Below, piece by piece: positions 36,112 through 46,341 of a stretch of DNA of 64,000 nt. The stretch spans positions 1,270,224 through 1,334,223 of the forward strand of contig OZ252110.1 in NCBI GenBank assembly GCA_965248545.1, written 5' to 3'. The stretch's first letter is position 1; each line of letters opens with the position of its first letter. The position numbers and the translations under genes were made by a program. This DNA comes from Alteromonadaceae bacterium. Lineage in GTDB: Bacteria; Pseudomonadota; Gammaproteobacteria; Enterobacterales; Alteromonadaceae. The notes under the pieces were generated by a model, which made no database searches, was not told the DNA's origin, and saw only the letters and a program-made list of their open reading frames with translations.

Positions 36112-36283
36112 TGTGTTTATTGTTAGTGAAAATCACGGTTTCATATTGGTAACAGTATTCAAAACCGGTTTAAAGGGGCGCACTTGTGAATACTAAAAAT
36201 GGTTATTCTTAAACTAAAAAAAATAATTGTTGGCAGTGCCTTGATTGCGGATTCTGTGCCAAATGAACGAGTGTTAGACAACT

Positions 36284-37903
36284 ATGAATACAATGACCGA
36301 TAACCCTATCTTGCCGGGCTTTCACCCGGACCCATCCATCGTGCGTAGCGGTGATGATTACTATATTGCAACCTCAACGTTCGAGTGGTACCCAGGGGTT
36401 TGTATCTACCATTCCAATGACTTAAAAAACTGGCGACTGGTGGATCGGCCACTCAGCAGTCTCGAGCACTTGGATATGCGGGGTAACCCAGACTCATGTG
36501 GTGTCTGGGCGCCATGTTTAACCATAAAATCAGGGATTTTTTATCTCGCGTTTACCAATACCCGTCGATTTGCGGGGAATTTCAAAGATACGCCTAATTA
36601 CTATATTTACGCAGACGCGATAGGTGGGCCATGGTCTGAGCCGGTCTATGTGAACAGTAGCGGATTTGATCCGTCTCTCTTTCACGATGATGACGGTAAG
36701 AGCTATTGGCTCAATATGGTGTGGGACCACCGTCCAGCTAAAGGGCGCAACAACTTTGCGCCAAATGCGTTTTTTGCGGGGATCATGTGTCAGCAAATCA
36801 ATCTATCTAACGGTCAGCTGGTGGGAGAAGCCAAGATGATATACCCCGGCTCATCTATCGGGTTGACTGAAGGGCCGCATATTAAGAAACGCGACGATTT
36901 TTATTACCTGATTACTGCGGAGGGGGGTACTGGCACTCAGCACGCAGTTTCAGTTGCACGTGCTAAACGTATTTTTGGCCCGTACGAAACCGCTCCAAAC
37001 AACCCTTTGATTACCAGTGCATTGTCTCCAAGTATAGGGCTAAAGCGCTCTGGTCACGGTGATTGGGCTGAGACTGATAACGGAGAGGGTGTACTTGTAC
37101 ACTTGAGCAGTCGCCCCCTGACATACCGCGGGCGCTCGGTCATGGGCCGCGAGACCGCTATGCACAAGATCAGTTGGACTACTGATGGCTGGCCGATTTT
37201 GAGTCATGGTGAAAATGCACCATTAGAGCCTATGTCTGAAGAGACGATGAAGGCAAACGCCGTTGACGAACATGTCAATTTTGCAACGGACACGTTGCCT
37301 ATGACCTATCATAGTCTGCGCTACCCAATCGAATCAAAACACGCATATGTAGACCGTCAGCGAGGCCAATATTGCCTGCTTGGTCAAGAGAGTATCGGTA
37401 GCCATTTTCAACAGAGTCTATTGGCTCGCCGGCAACAGGCTTTCGTGTACGATTACAGCCTTACACTTGACTTTCAACCAGCCTCCTTTCAGCAAATGGC
37501 TGGTCTAACTTGTTATTACAATAGCCAGAAATTTTTCTATCTGCACATAACACATGACGAGACGCTCGGGCGCGTGTTAGATATAGCATTCTGCGCAGGT
37601 GAGTGGACAATGCGTTATCCACAGGCAGAGCCTATCTCCCTCCCAGAAAGCGGCACGGTCGGTTTAAAAGTAAAGGTCGACCATGATATCGCTATATTCG
37701 CTTATCAGTTGGAAGGTGAGGATTGGCGAGAGCTTGATGTACGGCTTGATTACAGTGTGCTATGCGATGAATTGGGTGATGGCGGAGCAGACGCGAACTT
37801 TACGGGCAGTTTTGTTGGATTTTGTTGTCAAGATCTAACCGGGCAGAACCAGCCCGCTTTTTTTGACCATTTGCGCTATCAAGAATACCCAAGTCAACCT
37901 TAA
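36284..37903 (+). CDS. GH43 beta-xylosidase with C-terminal beta-sandwich (beta-1,3-xylosidase candidate), cytoplasmic
   Basis: GFHPDPSI (base), WAP, GFDPSLF, TEGPHI (acid), GHGD, GRET, GGADANFTGSFVG. No signal peptide. Confidence 0.92.
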   Translation: MNTMTDNPILPGFHPDPSIVRSGDDYYIATSTFEWYPGVCIYHSNDLKNWRLVDRPLSSLEHLDMRGNPDSCGVWAPCLTIKSGIFYLAFTNTRRFAGNFKDTPNYYIYADAIGGPWSEPVYVNSSGFDPSLFHDDDGKSYWLNMVWDHRPAKGRNNFAPNAFFAGIMCQQINLSNGQLVGEAKMIYPGSSIGLTEGPHIKKRDDFYYLITAEGGTGTQHAVSVARAKRIFGPYETAPNNPLITSALSPSIGLKRSGHGDWAETDNGEGVLVHLSSRPLTYRGRSVMGRETAMHKISWTTDGWPILSHGENAPLEPMSEETMKANAVDEHVNFATDTLPMTYHSLRYPIESKHAYVDRQRGQYCLLGQESIGSHFQQSLLARRQQAFVYDYSLTLDFQPASFQQMAGLTCYYNSQKFFYLHITHDETLGRVLDIAFCAGEWTMRYPQAEPISLPESGTVGLKVKVDHDIAIFAYQLEGEDWRELDVRLDYSVLCDELGDGGADANFTGSFVGFCCQDLTGQNQPAFFDHLRYQEYPSQP

Positions 37904-38418
37904 CAACCGGAAGTGGTGAGCGTAATCGTCGGCTCTGCCCCTGCCGCTGTGGGGGCGATATAGGTAATGTAACAATTGCCCGTTGTTATCGGCACATTGT
38001 TGACTTTCTGGCCGGCACCACTCTGTGAAAGTGAGGCAGTAGTTAACACGACTCGCTGCGGACTTAAACGCGAACTCCATGCCCATTCGGAAGCAAAATC
38101 ACCGCTAAGTGCCAACGTGATACCTGTACTCCTAGCATCACTGGGGTAGCCGTATTCGGTATCAATATCGCCGGTCCCATCGCCGTCTAAATCCACGCTC
38201 GCGGTCGCCTGTTGATGAACATTTTGAATAATGGCCTTAGAGAAAACCAATTGACCCGCCGTTTTTATGACCCCTTCCATACCTTCCAAGGTGGCAACAT
38301 TGGCATCACTACTTAGATTGATAAATCGAGGGGCTGCGGTGACAGCCAATATGCCGAGGATAACAATTACGATAATGAGTTCAATAAGCGTAAAGCCAGA
38401 ATTTCTGAAGTGTTGCAT
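37900..38418 (-). CDS. Type IV pilin / MSHA-like prepilin
   Basis: Class III signal FRNSG/FTLIELIIVIVILGILAVTAAPRF, MshA-like alpha helix, C-terminal Cys pair (NCY...SGC*). Confidence 0.88.
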   Translation of the reverse strand: MQHFRNSGFTLIELIIVIVILGILAVTAAPRFINLSSDANVATLEGMEGVIKTAGQLVFSKAIIQNVHQQATASVDLDGDGTGDIDTEYGYPSDARSTGITLALSGDFASEWAWSSRLSPQRVVLTTASLSQSGAGQKVNNVPITTGNCYITYIAPTAAGAEPTITLTTSGC

Positions 38419-38507
38419 AAACGGCCGGATAAAAACCAAAGTATTAGCCAAACGATATAGTAGCTGGGGAGCGAATGTCTACAGGGTTTAACGTGTCAAT
38501 GATAAAA

Positions 38508-38568
38508 AAAACAGACTACGCCTAAGCACACCGGGACAAAGTGAACCTAAGGGCAGTCTGCTCATCGG
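38508..38568 (-). terminator. Probable xylA terminator (imperfect long hairpin plus T run)
   Basis: Minus strand CAGACTGCC...GGCGTAGTCTG followed by a T run. Confidence 0.5.
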
Positions 38569-38588
38569 ACGTTATGTTGTGGCGGTTG

Positions 38589-39908
38589 TTAGCCAAAAAT
38601 AACGCGATTGACCTTGTTTTCAAGTAACTCCTGACGGCCTGAACGATGCCGTGGCTGCAAATCAAGTTTTTGCGCTTTGGTGGCTAGTTGGTCAAGCGAA
38701 AGTTTCCCTGCCAGTACATCTTGCCCCAATTCACTGCTCCACCCTTTGTATCGTTGTGCCACACTTTCAGATAAGAAGTCACCTTCAATCAATTTAGCTG
38801 CGTGCTTCAACGCGATTGCTATATTATCCATTGCGCCTATATGACCATAAAACATATCGGCTGGATCATTGCTCTGTCGACGGAGTTTTGTATCAAAATT
38901 AAATCCACCTGTAGTGAAACCACCAGATTTTAAAATTTCGTATACAACCAATGTCAATTCATCGACATCAATAGGGAACTGATCAGTATCCCAGCCGTTT
39001 TGAGGATCTCCTCGGTTGGCATCTAAGCTGCCAAAAATCCCCAGTGAAATCGCCGTTGCTACTTCGTGATGGAATGAATGACCCGCAAGAGTTGCATGGT
39101 TGGTTTCAATATTTACGGCAAATTCATTCTCTAGACCGAACTGTTTCAAAAAGCCGTAAACCGTTGCAGTGTCGTAATCATATTGATGTTTAGTAGGCTC
39201 TTGCGGTTTTGGCTCAATGAGCAAAGTGCCTTTAAAGCCGATTTTATGCTTGTGCTCAACGACCATACTCAAGAACCGTCCCATCTGCTGACGCTCTTGT
39301 CGCAAATCCGTATTTAGCAGCGACTCATAACCTTCTCGGCCACCCCAAAGCACGTAATTTTCACCACCGAGACGATGGGTAGCATTCATTGCTTGACACA
39401 CTTGCGCAGCCCCGTATGCGAACACCTCGGGATTTGGATTTGTGGCGGCTCCAGCTGCAAAACGTGGATTACTAAATAGATTAGCGGTTCCCCACAATAA
39501 CTTAACCCCAGTCTGCGCTTGTTTTTCGGCGAGATCTTCAACCATTTCACTAAAATTTGCCGTGTAGGAGGCTAAATTGTGGCCTTCCGGCGCAACATCG
39601 ACGTCGTGAAAGCAATAGTAAGGGATGCCGAGTTTACTGAAAAACTCAAATGCCACATCCGCCTTTTGTTTCGCACGCTGCATAGCATCACCGGGTTGCA
39701 ACCATGGTCTGCCAAAGGTCCCTTGTCCAAAGACATCTGCGCCGTCCCAACAAAAGTTATGCCAGTAACAAGCTGCAAAACGCAAATGCTCCTGCATTGA
39801 TTTACCTAAAACTTTCTCGTCGGCATTGTAATGGCGAAAGGCCAGTAAGTTATCAGACTCTGGCCCTTCATAGGCTACCTTTTCAATCGAATCAAAGTAA
39901 TCAGCCAT
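38589..39908 (-). CDS. xylA: Xylose isomerase (class II)
   Basis: [54 protein letters not shown]. Confidence 0.98.
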   Translation of the reverse strand: MADYFDSIEKVAYEGPESDNLLAFRHYNADEKVLGKSMQEHLRFAACYWHNFCWDGADVFGQGTFGRPWLQPGDAMQRAKQKADVAFEFFSKLGIPYYCFHDVDVAPEGHNLASYTANFSEMVEDLAEKQAQTGVKLLWGTANLFSNPRFAAGAATNPNPEVFAYGAAQVCQAMNATHRLGGENYVLWGGREGYESLLNTDLRQERQQMGRFLSMVVEHKHKIGFKGTLLIEPKPQEPTKHQYDYDTATVYGFLKQFGLENEFAVNIETNHATLAGHSFHHEVATAISLGIFGSLDANRGDPQNGWDTDQFPIDVDELTLVVYEILKSGGFTTGGFNFDTKLRRQSNDPADMFYGHIGAMDNIAIALKHAAKLIEGDFLSESVAQRYKGWSSELGQDVLAGKLSLDQLATKAQKLDLQPRHRSGRQELLENKVNRVIFG

Positions 39909-39967
39909 AGTGTAGTTTCCTGTTTCTCAATCTTTATTGGATTATTCTGCTATCGCGCTTGCGCGAC

Positions 39968-39981
39968 AATTACGTAATTTC
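39968..39981 (-). promoter_or_regulatory. Candidate XylR site upstream of xylA
   Basis: Minus strand GAAATTACGTAATT, 60 bp upstream of the ATG. Confidence 0.55.
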
Positions 39982-40014
39982 ATTTGCCTATTGTGCTTCT
40001 TCGTAACATTGTTT

Positions 40015-42021
40015 TTACAAACTGAAGTGTTGCACTGTGGCGGTGACGATCGCACTTTTAGTCAAACCAAAATGCTCATACAAGTGTTCAGCCGGTGCCG
40101 ATTCACCAAAACTGTTGACAGCAAAAACCCGTCCATCAAGACCCACATATTGATACCAAGGTTGTGCGCAAGCGGCTTCAATCGCCACCCTTTTTCGGCA
40201 CGCGTCAGGTAAGACAGTGTTTTTGTATGCCGCTGATTGTTGATCGAATCGATTCATACACGGCATCGAGATCAGGTTAACGTTAATTCTATACCGTTGT
40301 CGCAGCTCCTCGCAGACCTGTAGTGCCAGCGATACCTCTGAACCCGCTGACATTACAAGAATGTCAGGCTCATCTGCGTCTGTTTGAAGCACGTAGCCGC
40401 CTCTTTCAATTAGGGCAGGATTCGACAGCCCATTGGTTACTGCGGGTAGCCCTTGGCGAGACAAGCACAACGCAGAAGGCATTCGTTGCTGTTCTGCCGC
40501 ACACAACCATGCCACCGTCGTTTCAAGTTGATCACATGGCCGCCAAGTGTCTAGGTTTGGGGTTGCGCGCAAATTCGCTATTTGCTCAACTGGCTGGTGA
40601 GTCGGCCCATCTTCTCCCAATCCAATCGAGTCGTGAGTGAAGACATAGATGGTTGGCAACTTCATCAATGCTGACATGCGCACAGCATTGCGGGCGTATT
40701 CCATGAACATCAAGAAAGTCGCACCAAAGCACTTGAGCCCGCCATGGGCATTGACCCCATTGGCGATAGCTGCCATACCGAATTCTCGCACGCCATAATG
40801 CAGGTATTGCCCCTGAGGATTGTGGTGCGCAAATGCTTCGGCTTGCCTCCATTGCGTTAGATTTGACGGCGCTAAATCAGCTGACCCTCCGACGAGCTCG
40901 GGCAATAGCGGTTTAATCCTGTCGAGGGCGGTTTGCGATGATTTTCGGGAAGCTTGTTTATTTGCCTGAGCTTGTGTTTCTGTGATGATTCTTTCTTTAC
41001 CTGCGTCCCAACTGTATGGCAACTGTCCCGACATTCGTCGTTGAAACTGTTCAGCCAGCTCTGGATACAATTCCGCATACTGCTTAAACGCAGCAAGCCA
41101 TTCGGACTCCGCTTGCTGGCCTGACACTTTTGCATCCCAAGCTGCTCGGATATTCTCGAGCAGTTCAAACGGTGTTTGTGGCCAGCCAATTTGCTGCTTA
41201 AAAAGCGCGATTTCTTCTTGACCCAAAGGCGCGCCATGACATTCGTGGGAGCCAGCTTTATTGGGCGCCCCTTCACCAATATTGGTTTTACAGCAAATAA
41301 GTGTAGGTTGGCGCGAGCACTTGGCACGTTCAATGGCGGAATCAATTGCCATGTGATCATGTCCATCAACCTTGTCTATGACTTGCCAGCCATAGCTCTC
41401 GAAGCGCTTCGCTGTGTCATCAGTGAACCAGCCATCGACTTCGCCATCGATTGAAATGCCATTGTCATCATAAAACACGATGAGTTTGTTCAATTGCCAG
41501 GTACCGGCCAACGATGCTACTTCATGTGAAATCCCTTCCATCAAACAACCATCACCCACGAAACAGTAAGTAAAATGGTCGACGATTTGATGGTTAGGGT
41601 GGTTAAACTCGGCAGCTAGCATTCGCTCCGCTAGCGCAAAACCGACGGCATTGGCAAGACCTTGCCCCAGCGGTCCAGTCGTTGTCTCCACTCCTGGTGT
41701 GTAACCGAGTTCAGGATGACCTGGGGTTTTTGAATGCAACTGTCGAAAGTTCTTAAGGTCTTCAAGCTCAACATCATAGCCCGTCAAGTAAAGTAGGCTA
41801 TAGAGCAGCATTGAGCCATGGCCATTAGACAGAACAAAACGGTCGCGGTTGTACCACTCTGGATTTGAAGGGTTGTGACGTAAGTGTTTCGCCCACAATA
41901 CCTGAGCAATGTCGGCCATGCCCATCGGCATTCCGGGATGCCCAGAGTTGGCCTGTTGTACCGCGTCAACACTTAATACTCGAATGGCATCCGCCATTTG
42001 TTTTGCGTCAAATTCGGTCAT
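40015..42021 (-). CDS. tkt: Transketolase
   Basis: [34 protein letters not shown] ThDP motif, [19 protein letters not shown] at 42021 overlaps the xylB stop (ATGA). Confidence 0.98.
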   Translation of the reverse strand: MTEFDAKQMADAIRVLSVDAVQQANSGHPGMPMGMADIAQVLWAKHLRHNPSNPEWYNRDRFVLSNGHGSMLLYSLLYLTGYDVELEDLKNFRQLHSKTPGHPELGYTPGVETTTGPLGQGLANAVGFALAERMLAAEFNHPNHQIVDHFTYCFVGDGCLMEGISHEVASLAGTWQLNKLIVFYDDNGISIDGEVDGWFTDDTAKRFESYGWQVIDKVDGHDHMAIDSAIERAKCSRQPTLICCKTNIGEGAPNKAGSHECHGAPLGQEEIALFKQQIGWPQTPFELLENIRAAWDAKVSGQQAESEWLAAFKQYAELYPELAEQFQRRMSGQLPYSWDAGKERIITETQAQANKQASRKSSQTALDRIKPLLPELVGGSADLAPSNLTQWRQAEAFAHHNPQGQYLHYGVREFGMAAIANGVNAHGGLKCFGATFLMFMEYARNAVRMSALMKLPTIYVFTHDSIGLGEDGPTHQPVEQIANLRATPNLDTWRPCDQLETTVAWLCAAEQQRMPSALCLSRQGLPAVTNGLSNPALIERGGYVLQTDADEPDILVMSAGSEVSLALQVCEELRQRYRINVNLISMPCMNRFDQQSAAYKNTVLPDACRKRVAIEAACAQPWYQYVGLDGRVFAVNSFGESAPAEHLYEHFGLTKSAIVTATVQHFSL

Positions 42022-43493
42022 GTTAACTGCTCCCATATACGTCGTTGACTGGCTTGTTCTGAAAACTGTTTAAAATATGAATAACGGTGATTGTGTACCT
42101 CTGTCATCTCAGGTCTAGGCAAGTGTGACGCAATTGCTGCGGGCGCTGGACATATTGCTTCAATGTCTCGTTCAGGGTGCAGTGCTAACTGTGCCAATCG
42201 CGCTGCTCCTAGAGCAGGTCCAACGTCACCTCCCTCACGATAGACAATTGCGACTTCAAGCACATCAGCAATTAATTGGCGCCAAAATTTACTGCGTGCG
42301 CCACCACCGATTATGGAAATTTCGGACGGAAAAACGCCCGCTTCATGCATTACCTCAAGCCCGTTCTTAAAAGCAAACGCAATGCCTTCAAGGATGGCAT
42401 AAGTCATATTTGCACGTGTAGTGGATGCTGAAATTCCGACAAATTCACCGCCCATACTAGGATTGTTGTACGGGGTGCGCTCGCCGCTGAGATATGGCAA
42501 AAAGAATCCGTTTGAGTCAGGTGTAACATCGCTGTTTTCAAGCTCATCAAGCAACGTATCCACTGAGCCTTGTGCGGCAATATCTGCAAACCACTGCAGG
42601 CATGAAGCGGCACTTAGATGAACTGACATAACGTGCCATTTGCCGGGAATAGCATGACAAAAACTGTGCAGTGCACGTTTAGGGTTTGAGAGATACCGCT
42701 CCGAAGCAGAAAACAATACACCCGACGTGCCAAGCGATAAAATTGTTTGCCCATCAAACACTACACCACTGCCTACCGCGCCCGCTGCATTGTCACCGCC
42801 ACCACCCGCGATGGGCACAGCAGACATTCCCCAACGATTGGCAAGAGACATGTGCAGCCGGCCGGTGATCTGATTACCCTCACACAACTCGGGCATCTGT
42901 GCCGCTGTTAGGCCACACGCTGCGAGCATAGGCGCTGACCAGTCGCGTTTCGCAACATCTAACCAACTCGTGCCGGCCGCATCTGACATATCGCTATAAA
43001 AGGTTCCGCATAGCAGAAAGCGGATATAGTCTTTTGGTAACAGTACCTTGGCGACTCGAGAAAATAAGTCCGGTTCATTGTTCGCCACCCACAATAATTT
43101 AGGTGCGGTAAATCCCGGCATCACCAAGTTGCCTGTGATCCCATGCACATCCTTTACACGATTTGTCAGTAAGTCACATTCTGCGGCGCTCCGTCCATCA
43201 TTCCACATAATAGCGGGGCGCAATACTTCGTTGTTTTCATTAAGTAATACTGCACCATGCATTTGCCCCGTCAATCCGATGGCTGTGACGCGTCTCGTCA
43301 TCCCTTTGTGAGCGAGTTTATCCAAGCACTCTGAAACCGCTAACCACCAATCGAGGGGCTGTTGCTCAGACCACATTGGGCGAGGGTTCTGTACTGACAA
43401 TGGCTCAGAATGGCTACCTATCACTGCGCCTTGCTCGTCGCAGATGACCACTTTGACACCCGAAGTGCCAATATCAATTCCCATGTACGCCAT
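42018..43493 (-). CDS. xylB: Xylulokinase
   Basis: [54 protein letters not shown]. Confidence 0.97.
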   Translation of the reverse strand: MAYMGIDIGTSGVKVVICDEQGAVIGSHSEPLSVQNPRPMWSEQQPLDWWLAVSECLDKLAHKGMTRRVTAIGLTGQMHGAVLLNENNEVLRPAIMWNDGRSAAECDLLTNRVKDVHGITGNLVMPGFTAPKLLWVANNEPDLFSRVAKVLLPKDYIRFLLCGTFYSDMSDAAGTSWLDVAKRDWSAPMLAACGLTAAQMPELCEGNQITGRLHMSLANRWGMSAVPIAGGGGDNAAGAVGSGVVFDGQTILSLGTSGVLFSASERYLSNPKRALHSFCHAIPGKWHVMSVHLSAASCLQWFADIAAQGSVDTLLDELENSDVTPDSNGFFLPYLSGERTPYNNPSMGGEFVGISASTTRANMTYAILEGIAFAFKNGLEVMHEAGVFPSEISIIGGGARSKFWRQLIADVLEVAIVYREGGDVGPALGAARLAQLALHPERDIEAICPAPAAIASHLPRPEMTEVHNHRYSYFKQFSEQASQRRIWEQLT

Positions 43494-43548
43494 GTTTAAA
43501 CCCTTTTAATTAGTCATTATTTAGACTAAAGATAGAGCGACTTCTGGC

Positions 43549-43562
43549 AATTACGAAAATTC
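43549..43562 (-). promoter_or_regulatory. Candidate XylR site upstream of xylB
   Basis: Minus strand GAATTTTCGTAATT, 56 bp upstream of the ATG, in the xylB/xylR divergent region. Confidence 0.55.
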
Positions 43563-43698
43563 ACATTCGCTGTTGATATTTCTTACAGTTCATTTGCCAC
43601 TTTGATAAAAAACGTTATTCTGAATCGGTGAAAACGAAGCTATGCTGGTCTGTGCACCACATACATTGCAGTAAAAAACGTAAAAGCTGAGTTGAAGA

Positions 43699-44865
43699 AT
43701 GTTCGATGTGCGTCACAGCATTAGCTTGCTGTTTAATGCCAATAAGGTATACGACCGGCAAGTTATAGCTGGAATCGGAAATTATTTACAAGCCTCTAAA
43801 GTCAATTGGGACATATATTTAGAGGAAGATTTTTTATGTCGTTTACAGCACATAGAGGAATGGTCTGGAGATGGCATTATTGCCGACTTTGATGACGCTA
43901 CCATCCGCGAGGCACTTAAGGGGATCAACAAACCCATTATCGGTGTTGGCGGTTCCTATCAGGATGAAAGTGCTTATCCTAGTGTTCCGTATGTCGCTAC
44001 TGACAATCACAAGTTGGTCGAAGACGCCTACAAGCATTTAAAAAATAAAGCACTGGAACGCTTCGCCTTCTACGGCATCCCCCATGATGATTCTCATTGC
44101 TGGGCACGAGAGCGCAAGCAGTCATTCTTTCAATTAACCGAAGCGGATGGATACAAATGCCATTATTTTGAAGGAATCCCAACGACTCCTGACACATGGC
44201 AATATGCGATGAATCGATTGTCGGACTGGTTGCAGCGACTACCAAAACCGATCGGGATTTTGGCCGTCACTGATAGCCGGGCTCGGCATATTTTACAAGC
44301 CTGTGATCAAACCAATATTGCAGTACCTGATATGGTCTCCGTCATCGGCATAGACAATGATGAAATTGCTCGGCATCTGAGTCGAATCAGTCTGAGTTCA
44401 GTGAGCCAAGGTTGTGTTGAAATGGGGTATCGAGCAGCAAAGCTGCTACACAATCGGCTGACGACTGAATCAGAAAAACTGCCTCGGATTCTGGTACCAC
44501 CTACCGGTGTAATTGAGCGACAATCGACGGATTATCAGTCCCTACGTGATCCTTTCGTCATTCAAGCCATGCAGTTTATTCGACAGAATGCCACTCTCGG
44601 CATCAAAGTAGAGCAGGTCACCGACTATGTCGGTATGTCACGTTCAAATCTCGAACCCCGTTTCGTTGCGGAACGTGGCCACACGGTTCACGTGGAAATC
44701 CACAATGAGAAACTGCGCCGAGCCTGCAGATTACTCAAAACAACGGAGATGCCGACCAAAGAAATTGCGCAACTGTGTGGTTATCCATCGATACAATACA
44801 TGTACGCCGTATTTAAAAAGCACTTTAATCAAACGCCAAAACAGTATCGAGGCGAAGAAAAATAG
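43699..44865 (+). CDS. xylR: Xylose operon activator XylR (periplasmic-binding-protein-like N-domain plus AraC HTH)
   Basis: FNANKVYDRQVIAGIG, DGIIADFD, YVATDN, VIGIDN, SLSSV, C-terminal AraC (CGYPSIQYMYAVFKK). Confidence 0.95.
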   Translation: MFDVRHSISLLFNANKVYDRQVIAGIGNYLQASKVNWDIYLEEDFLCRLQHIEEWSGDGIIADFDDATIREALKGINKPIIGVGGSYQDESAYPSVPYVATDNHKLVEDAYKHLKNKALERFAFYGIPHDDSHCWARERKQSFFQLTEADGYKCHYFEGIPTTPDTWQYAMNRLSDWLQRLPKPIGILAVTDSRARHILQACDQTNIAVPDMVSVIGIDNDEIARHLSRISLSSVSQGCVEMGYRAAKLLHNRLTTESEKLPRILVPPTGVIERQSTDYQSLRDPFVIQAMQFIRQNATLGIKVEQVTDYVGMSRSNLEPRFVAERGHTVHVEIHNEKLRRACRLLKTTEMPTKEIAQLCGYPSIQYMYAVFKKHFNQTPKQYRGEEK

Positions 44866-44882
44866 TATTCTGTTTCGGCCCC

Positions 44883-45020
44883 TCAATCCCCTTTTTGCTG
44901 GAGTTTGAGCGCCTCTAACTCCAATATTTTCATTGATTTTTTGTGATTCAAGTACAGTACAAACATCACAAAAATAGCCGCTACTACTAACCCGAAACTT
45001 AAAAAACCCCACAATGTCAT
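44883..45020 (-). CDS. Unannotated 45-aa single-pass membrane protein
   Basis: Read manually: AGGAGAGCGAC-ATG, then MTLWGFLSFGLVVAAIFVMFVLYLNHKKSMKILELEALKLQQKGD*. Starts 22 bp after the acyltransferase stop on the same strand. Below the 60-aa cutoff of the ORF track. Confidence 0.75.
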   Translation of the reverse strand: MTLWGFLSFGLVVAAIFVMFVLYLNHKKSMKILELEALKLQQKGD

Positions 45021-45042
45021 GTCGCTCTCCTAATTTAGTGTT

Positions 45043-46269
45043 TTACCGAGTCAAATGTGCATCGGATTTACTCTCCAACGTCCACACATGAGGCTTACGC
45101 TTTCCATTAAGCGTAGCACCGATAAATGATGTTCGAACAAAGGCTTCATACAACGCGATTGATATAACCACCGTGATAATACAAATGCTGGAAAGCTTGA
45201 CCAACCAATGTAATGGCAATTCAGCAAATACAACTTGTAACCCTACCACTATTGGCAGATGAATTAGATACAACCAGTAAGAAGCATCCGCCACATAGCG
45301 CACCCACTTTGAAGCCCTTGAAAACAATCTGCTGCAGACACCCAGACTCACAACCACCATTGACCACATCATTACCGCGTAGGCTACAGTAAAAGCGAGT
45401 TTAATTTCGGCAAAATACATATGTCCGGGCTGACTTTCATACGGCGACAGCAGTACACAAATCAATGCCGCCACACATGCCAAGATCCCACGCCCCCAAC
45501 TGAGCTTACCCCAACGCTGGATCAGAGTCCCTTGTCTCTGTAAACACCAACCAAACACAAAGCAACCAGCATAAAGAGCGGTCACCGGTAGGTGTGGCCA
45601 CAGAGACTGATCGGGCGTATCGACTCCCCACCGCTGCATAAACCAAAGACATAGAATGGTCGGTAGCGCTATGACAAAAAGACCCATTGGACTTGAACAC
45701 AACCATGCAATCAAACTGTCGCTGGCACGTTTAAAAGTGTCGGCTACACTCGGTAACAACCCAATCGCATTGCGCAATAAAACAACCGCCAACGTGATAA
45801 AGAAGAGGTAATACAAAAACCATAAGTGAGTGCCCACAAACAAGTTACTCGGCAAATCACCTAATGACGCAAAGCCTTCCTTGAACGCTAACAGCCATTG
45901 TGCATCGCCGCGCATACTTTGCATACCTGCGATCCAGCCGGCCACCAGCAAGGGGCGCAGAACGAACCAACCGACGACAAAGGGTAATCCTATTCTGAAG
46001 ACGCGAGATTTTAGGAAACCCTGCCACCCGAGTCGGTGATAGGTCATATGGCTAAAAAAGCCCGCAATCAGGAAAAATAGTTCCATCCGAAATGAGTGAC
46101 TTATCATACCGAAGACGGCAACGGCTTGGCTGGTTGAAATGTCCATTACGGCCCAGCCAATAAAAATCGGCATGAACGATAAACTGGCATGAAAGACGAT
46201 ACCCAACAGCAGGGCAAAAGCTCGCACAGCATCTAGGTAATCCAGTCTTGGTTGAGATAGCGTAGTCAT
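45043..46269 (-). CDS. Acyltransferase family 3 (OpgC/MdoC-like) membrane protein
   Basis: RLDYLDAVRAFALLLGIVFHA, HSFRMELFFLIAGFF, THLWFLYYL, DASYWLYLIHLP. Confidence 0.9.
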   Translation of the reverse strand: MTTLSQPRLDYLDAVRAFALLLGIVFHASLSFMPIFIGWAVMDISTSQAVAVFGMISHSFRMELFFLIAGFFSHMTYHRLGWQGFLKSRVFRIGLPFVVGWFVLRPLLVAGWIAGMQSMRGDAQWLLAFKEGFASLGDLPSNLFVGTHLWFLYYLFFITLAVVLLRNAIGLLPSVADTFKRASDSLIAWLCSSPMGLFVIALPTILCLWFMQRWGVDTPDQSLWPHLPVTALYAGCFVFGWCLQRQGTLIQRWGKLSWGRGILACVAALICVLLSPYESQPGHMYFAEIKLAFTVAYAVMMWSMVVVSLGVCSRLFSRASKWVRYVADASYWLYLIHLPIVVGLQVVFAELPLHWLVKLSSICIITVVISIALYEAFVRTSFIGATLNGKRKPHVWTLESKSDAHLTR

Positions 46270-46341
46270 GTTTGTCACCCAATCATTTTAATTTGCATAG
46301 ATAACGCGAGCGTTGTTGCTCGCGCAGTGCTGTGTGCTCAA

